Below are positions 1 to 14,300 of a stretch of DNA of 64,000 bases, in pieces (position 1 is the stretch's first letter; every line of letters starts with the position of its first letter). A program made the translations under genes and the position numbers. A model generated the notes under the pieces. It was not told the origin of the DNA. It saw only the letters and a program-made list of their open reading frames with translations, and ran no database searches. The DNA comes from Lingula anatina (taxonomy: Eukaryota > Animalia > Brachiopoda), in the NCBI GenBank assembly GCA_051362555.1, contig CM120647.1:2356001-2420000 (forward strand), in the 5' to 3' direction.

Positions 1-544
1 GTCCAATATTTGCGAAATTTGGATAGATGATGCATAACAACAATAAAAATCTGTGAAAAGCTCATCAGTTGACTGTGTCTCATGAAAAAGATATTTTCAG
101 AGCATATAAATTTGAAAAAACTGAAAATTACATTGAGAAGTCTGCCAAATTCGGTGCCTTAATATAGTTAAACGTTAATAATTTTGACAAATCTAGTCCA
201 ATATCTGTCAAATTTGGAGAGATGATGCATAACAACAATAAAAATCTGTGATAACCTCATCTGTTTCTATTGAAAAAAAATTTTTCAACAATATAATTTA
301 GAAAACTGAATGTTACATTGAAAAGACTGCCAAAGTCCATGACTTCAAATAGTTAAACATTAATAATTTTGACAAATCTTGTCCAATATTTGTGGAATTT
401 GGACAAATGATGCTAAACAATAATAAAAATCTATGATAAGCTCATCAGTTGACTGGGTCCAATGAAAAAGAGTTTTTTTGGACAATAAATTTGACAAAAC
501 TGAAAATAACACTGAAAAGATGCCAAATTTCATGGTATAAAATA

Positions 545-3500
545 GTTAAACGTTAATAATTTTGACAAATCTTGTCCAATATTTGTGAAATTGGGGCATA
601 TGATGCTGAACAATAATAAAAATCTGTGGTAAACTTATCAGTTGACTGTGTGTGATAGAAGTGTAATTGTCCTCTGAAAAAAATATATACCCATTCGAGA
701 CTTCTCCTTACTACCAATACCAGATGCAGATTCCTCCTTACAATTGGTTTCTGGAATCAGGTTTAGCACACCATTTGACAATGTTCTAAAGCTTGCCATA
801 TACCATCTATTGTTCACATGGATGAGACAGACCATTGCTCTTGCTGTTGTCTTTCACTGCCTGTTTTTTCTACAGGAATTCGCCATGACCAGACAGGAAG
901 AATCAGTTCATCAAAAAACCCACCACGCTGTATGGAAAAAGGTTATCTGGAAAAAGGACAATATATTTGAAAAAAGTGAAAATTAAATTTTCAAAACTGA
1001 CAAATTTTACAGACTAAAATAGTTAAACATTAATAACTTTGATAAAGTTAAGTTTAACAGTTGACTGGGTCTAATAAAAAGGATATCTTTGGAACTGAAA
1101 ATAACACTGAAAAGACTGCTAAAGTCCTTGACTTCAAATAGTTAAACATTAATAATTTTGACAAATCAAGTCCAATATTTGTGAAATTTGTACCAATCAT
1201 GCATAACATCAATAAAAATCTGTGAAAAGCTCATCAGTTGACTGTGTCCCATAAAAAAGATATTTTCAGAGCATATAAATTTGAAAAAACTGAAAATTAC
1301 GGTGAGAAGTCTGCCAAATTCGGTGCCTTAATATAGTTAAACGTTAATAATTTTGACAAATCTAGTCCAATATCTGTGAAATTTGGAGAGATGATGCATA
1401 ACAACAATACAAATCTGTGATAAGCTCATCAGTTGACTGGGTCCAATGAAAAAGTTCTTTTTGGACAATAAATTTGACAAAACTGAAAATAACACTGAAA
1501 AGACTGCCAAATTTCATGGTATAAAATAGTTAAACGTTAATAATTTTGACAAATCTTGTCCAATATTTGTGAAATTTGGGCATATGATGCTGAACAATAA
1601 TAAAAATCTGTGGTAAGCTTATCAGTTGACTGTGTGTAATAGAAGTGTAATTGTCCTCTGAAAAAAAATATATACCCATTCGAGACTTCTCCTTACTACC
1701 AATACCAGATGCAGATTCCTCCTTACAATTGGTTTCTGGAATCAGGTTTAGCACACCATTTGACAATGTTCTAAAGCTTGCCATATACCATCTATTGTTC
1801 ACATGGATGAGACAGACCATTGCTCTTGCTGTTGTCTTTCACTGCCTGTTTTTTCTACAGGAATTCGCCATGACCAGACAGGAAGAATCAGTTCATCAAA
1901 AAACCCACCACGCTGTATGGAAAAAGGTTATCTGGAAAAAGGACAATATATTTGAAAAAAGTGAAAATTAAATTTTAAAAATTGACAAATTTTACAGACT
2001 AAAATAGTTAAACATTAATAACTTTGATAAAGTTAAGTTTAACAGTTGACTGGGTCTAATAAAAAGGATATCTTTGGAACTGAAAATAACACTGAAAAGA
2101 CTGCCAAAGTCCTTGACTTCAAATAGTTAAACATTAATAATTTTGACAAATCAAGTCCAATATTTGTGAAATTTGTACCAATCATGCATAACATCAATAA
2201 AAATCTGTGAAAAGCTCATCAGTTGACTGTGTCCCATAAAAAAGATATTTTCAGAGCATATAAATTTGAAAAAACTGAAAATTACGGTGAGAAGTCTGCC
2301 AAATTCGGTGCCTTAATATAGTTAAACGTTAATAATTTTGACAAATCTAGTCCAATATCTGTGAAATTTGGAGAGATGATGCATAACAACAATACAAATC
2401 TGTGATAAGCTCATCAGTTGACTGGGTCCAATGAAAAAGTTCTTTTTGGACAATAAATTTGACAAAACTGAAAATAACACTGAAAAGACTGCCAAATTTC
2501 ATGGTATAAAATAGTTAAACGTTAATAATTTTGACAAATCTTGTCCAATATTTGTGAAATTTGGGCATATGATGCTGAACAATAATAAAAATCTGTGGTA
2601 AGCTTATCAGTTGACTGTGTGTAATAGAAGTGTAATTGTCCTCTGAAAAAAAATATATACCCATTCGAGACTTCTCCTTACTACCAATACCAGATGCAGA
2701 TTCCTCCTTACAATTGGTTTCTGGAAACAGGTTTAGCACACCATTTGACAATGTTCTAAAGCTTGCCATATACCATCTATTGTTCACATGGATGAGACAG
2801 ACCATTGCTCTTGCTGTTGTCTTTCACTGCCTGTTTTTTCTACAGGAATTCGCCATGACCAGACAGGAAGAATCAGTTCATCAAAAAACCCACCACGCTG
2901 TATGGAAAAAGGTTATCTGGAAAAAGGACAATATATTTGAAAAAAGTGAAAATTAAATTTTAAAAATTGACAAATTTTACAGACTAAAATAGTTAAACAT
3001 TAATAACTTTGATAAAGTTAAGTTTAACAGTTGACTGGGTCTAATAAAAAGGATATCTTTGGAACTGAAAATAACACTGAAAAGACTGCCAAAGTCCTTG
3101 ACTTCAAATAGTTAAACATTAATAATTTTGACAAATCAAGTCCAATATTTGTGAAATTTGTACCAATCATGCATAACATCAATAAAAATCTGTGAAAAGC
3201 AAATCAGTTGACAATGTCCAATGAAAAAGATTTTTTCAGAACATATAAGTTTGAGAAAACTGAAAATGACATTGAAAACACTGACAATGCTTTGCCTTAA
3301 AATAGTTAAACGTTAATAATTTTGACAAATCTAGTCCAATATTTGCGAAATTTGGACAGATGATGCATAACAACAATAAAAATCTGTGAAAAGCTCATCA
3401 GTTGACTTTGTCTCATGAAAAAGATATTTTCAGAGCATATAAATTTGAAAAAACTGAAAATTACATTGAGAAGTCTGCCAAATTTGGTGCCTTTATATAG

Positions 3501-5340
3501 TTAAACGTTAATAATTTTGACAAATCTAGTCCAATATCTGTGAAATTTGGAGAGATGATGTATAACAACAATAAAAATCTGTGATAACCTCATCAGTTGA
3601 CTGTTTCTAGTGAAAAAAATTTTTTCAACAATATAATTTAGAAAACTGAATGTTACATTGAAAAGACTGCCAAAGTCCATGACTTCAAATAGTTAAACAT
3701 TAATAATTTTGACAAATCTTGTCCAATATTTGTGGAATTTGGACAAATGATGCTGAACAATAATACAAATCTATGATAAGCTCATCAGTTGACTGGGTCC
3801 AATGAAAAAGAGTTTTTTTGGACAATAAATGTGACAAAACTGAAAATAACACTGAAAAGATGCCAAATTTCATGGTATAAAATAGTTAAACGTTATTAAT
3901 TTTGACAAATCTTGTCCAATATTTGTGAAATTGGGGCATATGATGCTGAACAATAATAAAAATCTGTGGTAAGCTTATCAGTTGACTGTGTGTGATAGAA
4001 GTGTAATTGTCCTCTGAAAAAAAATATATACCCATTCGAGACTTCTCCTTACTACCAATACCAGATGCAGATTCCTCCTTACAATTGGTTTCTGGAATCA
4101 GGTTTAGCACACCATTTGACAAAAGCTTGCCATATACCATCTATTGTTCACATGGATGAGACAGACCATTGCTCTTGCTGTTGTCTTTCACTGCCTGTTT
4201 TTTCTACAGGAATTCGCCATGACCAGACAGGAAGAATCAGTTCATCAAAAAACCCACCACGCTGTATGGAAAAAGGTTATTTGGAAAAAGGACAATATAT
4301 TTGAAAAAAGTGAAAATTAAATTTTAAAAATTGACAAATTTCACAGACTAAAAATGTTTAACATTAATAACTTTGATAAAGTTAAGTTTAACAGTTGACT
4401 GGGTCTAATAAAAAGGATATCTTTGGAACTGAAAATAACACTGAAAAGACTGCCAAAGTCCTTGACTTCAAATAGTTAAACATTAATAATTTTGACAAAT
4501 CAAGTCCAATATTTGTGAAATTTGTACCAATCATGCATAACATCAATGAAAATCTGTGAAAAGCAAATCAGTTGACAATGTCCAATGAAAAAGATTTTTT
4601 CAGAGCATATAAATTTGAAAAAACTGAAAATTACGGTGAGAAGTCTGCCAAATTCGGTGCCTTAATATAGTTAAACGTTAATAATTTTGACAAATCTAGT
4701 CCAATATCTGTGAAATTTGGAGAGATGATGCATAACAACAATACAAATCTGTGATAAGCTAATCAGTTGACTGGGTCCAATGAAAAAGTTCTTTTTGGAC
4801 AATAAATTTGACAAAACTGAAAATAACACTGAAAAGACTGCCAAATTTCATGGTATAAAATAGTTAAACGTTAATAATTTTGACAAATCTTGTCCAATAT
4901 TTGTGAAATTTGGGCATATGATGCTGAACAATAATAAAAATCTGTGGTAAGCTTATCAGTTGACTGTGTGTAATAGAAGTGTAATTGTCCTCTGAAAAAA
5001 AATATATACCCATTCGAGACTTCTCCTTACTACCAATACCAGATGCAGATTCCTCCTTACAATTGGTTTCTGGAAACAGGTTTAGCACACCATTTGACAA
5101 TGTTCTAAAGCTTGCCATATACCATCTATTGTTCACATGGATGAGACAGACCATTGCTCTTGCTGTTGTCTTTCACTGCCTGTTTTTTCTACAGGAATTC
5201 GCCATGACCAGACAGGAAGAATCAGTTCATCAAAAAACCCACCACGCTGTATGGAAAAAGGTTATCTGGAAAAAGGACAATATATTTGAAAAAAGTGAAA
5301 ATTAAATTTTAAAAATTGACAAATTTTACAGACTAAAATA
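545..5340. repeat. HOR domain 1: ~985-bp units (F + A/B chimera + C/D chimera + E) interleaved with one ~1371-bp unit
   Basis: Homologous ORF positions at 835/1820/2805 (985 spacing), 2515->3886 (1371) and 3886->4864 (978). Confidence 0.85.
660..955. repeat. ~285-bp non-satellite insert inside monomer E (first of 35 copies; last at ~54170-54470)
   Basis: Monomer E is 477 bp instead of ~193. The extra block (GTGTAATTGTCCTCTG...GTTATCTGGAAAAA) is higher in GC and unlike the monomer. The flanks are recognisable monomer halves. The block generates nearly all ORFs in the track. Confidence 0.9.
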
Positions 5341-8300
5341 GTTAAACATTAATAACTTTGATAAAGTTAAGTTTAACAGTTGACTGGGTCTAATAAAAAG
5401 GATATCTTTGGAACTGAAAATAACACTGAAAAGACTGCCAAAGTCCTTGACTTCAAATAGTTAAACATTAATAATTTTGACAAATCAAGTCCAATATTTG
5501 TGAAATTTGTACCAATCATGCATAACATCAATAAAAATCTGTGAAAAGCAAATCAGTTGACAATGTCCAATGAAAAAGATTTTTTCAGAACATATAAGTT
5601 TGAGAAAACTGAAAATGACATTGAAAACACTGACAATGCTTTGCCTTAAAATAGTTAAACGTTAATAATTTTGACAAATCTAGTCCAATATTTGCGAAAT
5701 TTGGACAGATGATGCATAACAACAATAAAAATCTGTGAAAAGCTCATCAGTTGACTTTGTCTCATGAAAAAGATATTTTCAGAGCATATAAATTTGAAAA
5801 AACTAAAAATTACATTGAGAAGTCTGCCAAATTTGGTGCCTTAATATAGTTAAACGTTAATAATTTTGACAAATCTAGTCCAATATCTGTGAAATTTGGA
5901 GAGATGATGTATAACAACAATAAAAATCTGTGATAATCTCATCAGTTGACTGTTTCTAGTGAAAAAAATTTTTTCTACAATATAATTTAGAAAACTGAAT
6001 GTTACATTGAAAAGACTGCCAAAGTCCATGACTTCAAATAGTTAAACATTAATAACTTTGACAAATCTTGTCCAATATTTGTGGAATTTGGACAAATGAT
6101 GCTGAACAATAATAAAAATCTGTGATAAGCTCATCAGTTGACTGGGTCTAATGAAAAAGATTTTCTTCGAACAATAAATTTGACAAAACTGGAAATTACA
6201 CTGAAAAGACTGCCAAATTTCATGGTAAAATATAGTTCAATGTTAATAATTTTGACAAATCTTGTCCAATATTTGTGGAATTTGGACAAATGATGCTGAA
6301 CAATAATAAAAATCTGTGATAAGCTCATCAGTTGACTGGGTCCAATGAAAAAGTTCTTTTTGGACAATAAATTTGACAAAACTGAAAATAACACTGAAAA
6401 GACTGCCAAATTTCATGGTTTAAAATAGTTAAACGTTAATAATTTTGACAAATCTTGTCCAATATTTGTGAAATTTGTACCAATCATGCATAACATCAAT
6501 AAAAATCTGTGAAAAGCAAATCAGTTGACAATGTCCAATAAAAAAGATTTTTTCAGAACATATAAATTTGAGAAAACTGAAAATGACATTGAAAACACTG
6601 ACAATGCTATGCCTTAAAATAGTTACACGTTAATAATTTTGACAAATCTAGTCCAATATTTGCAAAATTTGGATAGATGATGCATAACAACAATAAAAAT
6701 CTGTGAAAAGCTCATCAGTTGACTGTGTCTCATGAAAAAGATATTTTCAGAGCATATAAATTTGAAAAAACTGAAAATTACATTGAGAAGTCTGCCAAAT
6801 TTGGTGCCTTAATATAGTTAAACGTTAATAATTTTGACAAATCTAGTCCAATATCTGTGAAATTTGGAGAGATGATGCATAACAACAATACAAATCTGTG
6901 ATAAGCTCATCAGTTGACTGGGTCCAATGAAAAAGTTCTTTTTGGACAATAAATTTGACAAAACTGAAAATAACACTGAAAAGACTGCCAAATTTCATGG
7001 TATAAAATAGTTAAACGTTAATAATTTTGACAAATCTTGTCCAATATTTGTGAAATTTGGGCATATGATGCTGAACAATAATAAAAATCTGTGGTAAGCT
7101 TATCAGTTGACTGTGTGTAATAGAAGTGTAATTGTCCTCTGAAAAAAAATATATACCCATTCGAGACTTCTCCTTACTACCAATACCAGATGCAGATTCC
7201 TCCTTACAATTGGTTTCTGGAATCAGGTTTAGCACACCATTTGACAATGTTTTAAAGCTTGCCACATACCATCTATTGTACACATGGATGAGACAGACCA
7301 TTGCTCTTGCTGTTGTCTTTCACTGCCTGTTTTTTCTACAGGAATTAGCCATGACCAGACACGAAGAATAAGTTCATCAAAAAACCCACCACGCTGTATG
7401 GAAAAAGGTTATCTGGAAAAAGGACAATATATTTGAAAAAAGTGAAAATTAAATTTTAAAAATTGACAAATTTTACAGACTAAAATAGTTAAACATTAAT
7501 AATTTTGACAAATCAAGTCCAATATTTGTGAAATTTGTACCAATCATGAATAACATCAATAAAAATCTGTGAAAAGCAAATCAGTTGACAATGTCCAATG
7601 AAAAAGATTTTTTCAGAACATATAAATTTGAGAAAACTGAAAATGACATTGAAAACACTGACAATGCTATGCCTTAAAATAGTTAAACGTTAATAATTTT
7701 GACAAATCTAGTCCAATATTTGCGAAATTTGGATAGATGATGCATAACAACAATAAAAATCTGTGAAAAGCTCATCAGTTGACTGTGTCCCATAAAAAAG
7801 ATATTTTCAGAGCATATAAATTTGAAAAAACTGAAAATTACGGTGAGAAGTCTGCCAAATTCGGTGCCTTAATATAGTTAAACGCTAATAATTTTGACAA
7901 ATCTTGTCCAATATTTGTGAAATTTGGGCATATGATGCTGAACAATAATAAAAATCTGTGGTAAGCTTATCAGTTGACTGTGTGTAATAAAAGTGTAATT
8001 GCCCTCTGAAAAAAATATATACCTACTCAAGACTTCTCCTTACTACCAATACCAGATGCAGATTCCTCCTTACAATTTGTTTCTGGAATCGGGGTTTAGC
8101 ACACCATTTGTTCTAAAGCTTGCCACATACCATCTATTGTACACATGGATGAGACAGACCATTGCTCTTGCTGTTGTCTTTCACTGCCTGTTTTTTCTAC
8201 AGGAATTCGCCATGACCAGACAGGAAGAATCAGTTCATCAAAAAACCCACCACGCTGTATGGAAAAGGTTACCTGGAAAAGGAACAATATATTTGAAAAA

Positions 8301-11300
8301 AGTGAAAATTAAATTTTAAAAATTGACAAATTTCACAGACTAAAAAAGTTTAACATTAATAACTTTGATAAAGTTAAGTTTAACAGTTGACTGTGTCTAA
8401 TAAAAAGGATATCTTTGGAACTGAAAATAACACTGAAAAGACTGCCAAAGTCCTTGACTTCAAATAGTTAAACATTAATAATTTTGACAAATCAAGTCCA
8501 ATATTTGTGAAATTTGTACCAATCATGCATAACATCAATAAAAATCTGTGAAAAGCAAATCACTTGACAATGTCCAATGAAAAAGATTTTTTCAGAACAT
8601 ATAAGTTTGAGAAAACTGAAAATGACATTGAAAACACTGACAATGCTTTGCCTTAAAATAGTTAAACGTTAATAATTTTGACAAATCTAGTCCAATATTT
8701 GCGAAATTTGGACAGATGATGCATAACAACAATAAAAATCTGTGAAAAGCTCATCAGTTGACTTTGTCTCATGAAAAAGATATTTTCAGAGCATATAAAT
8801 TTGAAAAAACTGAAAATTACATTGAGAAGTCTGCCAAATTTGGTGCCTTAATATAGTTAAACGTTAATAATTTTGACAAATCTAGTCCAATATCTTTGAA
8901 ATTTGGAGAGATGATGTATAACAACAATAAAAATCTGTGATAACCTCATCAGTTGACTGTTTCTAGTGAAAAAAATTTTTTCTACAATATAATTTAGAAA
9001 ACTGAATGTTACATTGAAAAGACTGCCAAAGTCCATGACTTCAAATAGTTAAACATTAATAATTTTGACAAATCTTGTCCAATATTTGTGGAATTTGGAC
9101 AAATGATGCTGAACAATAATAAAAATCTGTGATAAGCTCATCAGTTGACTGGGTCCAATGAAAAAGATTTTCTTCGAACAATAAATTTGACAAAACTGGA
9201 AATTACACTGAAAAGACTGCCAAATTTCATGGTAAAATATAGTTCAATGTTAATAATTTTGACAAATCTTGTCCAATATTTGTGGAATTTGGACAAATGA
9301 TGCTGAACAATAATAAAAATCTGTGATAAGCTCATCAGTTGACTGGGTCCAATGAAAAAGTTCTTTTTGGACAATAAATTTGACAAAACTGAAAATAACA
9401 CTGAAAAGACTGCCAAATTTCATGGTTTAAAATAGTTAAACGTTAATAATTTTGACAAATCTTGTCCAATATTTGTGAAATTTGTACCAATCATGCATAA
9501 CATCAATAAAAATCTGTGAAAAGCAAATCAGTTGACAATGTCCAATGAAAAAGATTTTTTCAGAACATATAAATTTGAGAAAACTGAAAATGACATTAAA
9601 AAAAATGACAATGCTATGCCTTAAAATAGTTAAACGTTAATAATTTTGACAAATCTAGTCCAATATTTGCAAAATTTGGATAGATGATGCATAACAACAA
9701 TAAAAATCTGTGAAAAGCTCATCAGTTGACTGTGTCTCATGAAAAAGATATTTTCAGAGCATATAAATTTGAAAAAACTGAAAATTACATTGAGAAGTCT
9801 GCCAAATTTGGTGCCTTAATATAGTTAAACGTTAATAATTTTGACAAATCTAGTCCAATATCTGTGAAATTTGGAGAGATGATGCATAACAACAATACAA
9901 ATCTGTGATAAGCTCATCAGTTGACTGGGTCCAATGAAAAAGTTCTTTTTGGACAATAAATTTGACAAAACTGAAAATAACACTGAAAAGACTGCCAAAT
10001 TTCATGGTATAAAATAGTTAAACGTTAATAATTTTGACAAATCTTGTCCAATATTTGTGAAATTTGGGCATATGATGCTGAACAATAATAAAAATCTGTG
10101 GTAAGCTTATCAGTTGACTGTGTGTAATAGAAGTGTAATTGTCCTCTGAAAAAAAATATATACCCATTCGAGACTTCTCCTTACTACCAATACCAGATGC
10201 AGATTCCTCCTTACAATTGGTTTCTGGAATCAGGTTTAGCACACCATTTGACAATGTTTTAAAGCTTGCCACATACCATCTATTGTACACATGGATGAGA
10301 CAGACCATTGCTCTTGCTGTTGTCTTTCACTGCCTGTTTTTTCTACAGGAATTAGCCATGACCAGACACGAAGAATAAGTTCATCAAAAAACCCACCACG
10401 CTGTATGGAAAAAGGTTATCTGGAAAAAGGACAATATATTTGAAAAAAGTGAAAATTAAATTTTAAAAATTGACAAATTTTACAGACTAAAATAGTTAAA
10501 CATTAATAATTTTGACAAATCAAGTCCAATATTTGTGAAATTTGTACCAATCATGAATAACATCAATAAAAATCTGTGAAAAGCAAATCAGTTGACAATG
10601 TCCAATGAAAAAGATTTTTTCAGAACATATAAATTTGAGAAAACTGAAAATGACATTGAAAACACTGACAATGCTATGCCTTAAAATAGTTAAACGTTAA
10701 TAATTTTGACAAATCTAGTCCAATATTTGCGAAATTTGGATAGATGATGCATAACAACAATAAAAATCTGTGAAAAGCTCATCAGTTGACTGTGTCCCAT
10801 AAAAAAGATATTTTCAGAGCATATAAATTTGAAAAAACTGAAAATTACGGTGAGAAGTCTGCCAAATTCGGTGCCTTAATATAGTTAAACGCTAATAATT
10901 TTGACAAATCTTGTCCAATATTTGTGAAATTTGGGCATATGATGCTGAACAATAATAAAAATCTGTGGTAAGCTTATCAGTTGACTGTGTGTAATAAAAG
11001 TGTAATTGCCCTCTGAAAAAAATATATACCCACTCAAGACTTCTCCTTACTACCAATACCAGATGCAGATTCCTCCTTACAATTTGTTTCTGGAATCGGG
11101 GTTTAGCACACCATTTGTTCTAAAGCTTGCCACATACCATCTATTGTACACATGGATGAGACAGACCATTGCTCTTGCTGTTGTCTTTCACTGCCTGTTT
11201 TTTCTACAGGAATTAGCCATGACCAGACACGAAGAATAAGTTCATCAAAAAACCCACCACGCTGTATGGAAAAGGTTACCTGGAAAAGGAACAATATATT

Positions 11301-14300
11301 TGAAAAAAGTGAAAATTAAATTTTAAAAATTGACAAATTTCACAGACTAAAAAAGTTTAACATTAATAACTTTGATAAAGTTAAGTTTAACAGTTGACTG
11401 TGTCTAATAAAAAGGATATCTTTGGAACTGAAAATAACACTGAAAAGACTGCCAAAGTCCTTGACTTCAAATAGTTAAACATTAATAATTTTGACAAATC
11501 AAGTCCAATATTTGTGAAATTTGTACCAATCATGCATAACATCAATAAAAATCTGTGAAAAGCAAATCACTTGACAATGTCCAATGAAAAAGATTTTTTC
11601 AGAACATATAAGTTTGAGAAAACTGAAAATGACATTGAAAACACTGACAATGCTTTGCCTTAAAATAGTTAAACGTTAATAATTTTGACAAATCTAGTCC
11701 AATATTTGCGAAATTTGGACAGATGATGCATAACAACAATAAAAATCTGTGAAAAGCTCATCAGTTGACTTTGTCTCATGAAAAAGATATTTTCAGAGCA
11801 TATAAATTTGAAAAAACTGAAAATTACATTGAGAAGTCTGCCAAATTTGGTGCCTTAATATAGTTAAACGTTAATAATTTTGACAAATCTAGTCCAATAT
11901 CTTTGAAATTTGGAGAGATGATGTATAACAACAATAAAAATCTGTGATAACCTCATCAGTTGACTGTTTCTAGTGAAAAAAATTTTTTCTACAATATAAT
12001 TTAGAAAACTGAATGTTACATTGAAAAGACTGCCAAAGTCCATGACTTCAAATAGTTAAACATTAATAATTTTGACAAATCTTGTCCAATATTTGTGGAA
12101 TTTGGACAAATGATGCTGAACAATAATAAAAATCTGTGATAAGCTCATCAGTTGACTGGGTCCAATGAAAAAGATTTTCTTCGAACAATAAATTTGACAA
12201 AACTGGAAATTACACTGAAAAGACTGCCAAATTTCATGGTAAAATATAGTTCAATGTTAATAATTTTGACAAATCTTGTCCAATATTTGTGGAATTTGGA
12301 CAAATGATGCTGAACAATAATAAAAATCTGTGATAAGCTCATCAGTTGACTGGGTCCAATGAAAAAGTTCTTTTTGGACAATAAATTTGACAAAACTGAA
12401 AATAACACTGAAAAGACTGCCAAATTTCATGGTTTAAAATAGTTAAACGTTAATAATTTTGACAAATCTTGTCCAATATTTGTGAAATTTGTACCAATCA
12501 TGCATAACATCAATAAAAATCTGTGAAAAGCAAATCAGTTGACAATGTCCAATGAAAAAGATTTTTTCAGAACATATAAATTTGAGAAAACTGAAAATGA
12601 CATTAAAAAAAATGACAATGCTATGCCTTAAAATAGTTAAACGTTAATAATTTTGACAAATCTAGTCCAATATTTGCAAAATTTGGATAGATGATGCATA
12701 ACAACAATAAAAATCTGTGAAAAGCTCATCAGTTGACTGTGTCTCATGAAAAAGATATTTTCAGAGCATATAAATTTGAAAAAACTGAAAATTACATTGA
12801 GAAGTCTGCCAAATTTGGTGCCTTAATATAGTTAAACGTTAATAATTTTGACAAATCTAGTCCAATATCTGTGAAATTTGGAGAGATGATGCATAACAAC
12901 AATACAAATCTGTGATAAGCTCATCAGTTGACTGGGTCCAATGAAAAAGTTCTTTTTGGACAATAAATTTGACAAAACTGAAAATAACACTGAAAAGACT
13001 GCCAAATTTCATGGTATAAAATAGTTAAACGTTAATAATTTTGACAAATCTTGTCCAATATTTGTGAAATTTGGGCATATGATGCTGAACAATAATAAAA
13101 ATCTGTGGTAAGCTTATCAGTTGACTGTGTGTAATAGAAGTGTAATTGTCCTCTGAAAAAAAATATATACCCATTCGAGACTTCTCCTTACTACCAATAC
13201 CAGATGCAGATTCCTCCTTACAATTGGTTTCTGGAATCAGGTTTAGCACACCATTTGACAATGTTTTAAAGCTTGCCACATACCATCTATTGTACACATG
13301 GATGAGACAGACCATTGCTCTTGCTGTTGTCTTTCACTGCCTGTTTTTTCTACAGGAATTAGCCATGACCAGACACGAAGAATAAGTTCATCAAAAAACC
13401 CACCACGCTGTATGGAAAAAGGTTATCTGGAAAAAGGACAATATATTTGAAAAAAGTGAAAATTAAATTTTAAAAATTGACAAATTTTACAGACTAAAAT
13501 AGTTAAACATTAATAATTTTGACAAATCAAGTCCAATATTTGTGAAATTTGTACCAATCATGAATAACATCAATAAAAATCTGTGAAAAGCAAATCAGTT
13601 GACAATGTCCAATGAAAAAGATTTTTTCAGAACATATAAATTTGAGAAAACTGAAAATGACATTGAAAACACTGACAATGCTATGCCTTAAAATAGTTAA
13701 ACGTTAATAATTTTGACAAATCTAGTCCAATATTTGCGAAATTTGGATAGATGATGCATAACAACAATAAAAATCTGTGAAAAGCTCATCAGTTGACTGT
13801 GTCCCATAAAAAAGATATTTTCAGAGCATATAAATTTGAAAAAACTGAAAATTACGGTGAGAAGTCTGCCAAATTCGGTGCCTTAATATAGTTAAACGCT
13901 AATAATTTTGACAAATCTTGTCCAATATTTGTGAAATTTGGGCATATGATGCTGAACAATAATAAAAATCTGTGGTAAGCTTATCAGTTGACTGTGTGTA
14001 ATAAAAGTGTAATTGCCCTCTGAAAAAAATATATACCCACTCAAGACTTCTCCTTACTACCAATACCAGATGCAGATTCCTCCTTACAATTTGTTTCTGG
14101 AATCGGGGTTTAGCACACCATTTGTTCTAAAGCTTGCCACATACCATCTATTGTACACATGGATGAGACAGACCATTGCTCTTGCTGTTGTCTTTCACTG
14201 CCTGTTTTTTCTACAGGAATTCGCCATGACCAGACAGGAAGAATCAGTTCATCAAAAAACCCACCACGCTGTATGGAAAAGGTTACCTGGAAAAGGAACA

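Noticed and set aside
55-80. Hammerhead ribozyme in the satellite monomer (CTGATGAG on the minus strand)
   Set aside because: No stem II followed by GAAA downstream of CTGATGA in the monomers, so the catalytic core is incomplete.
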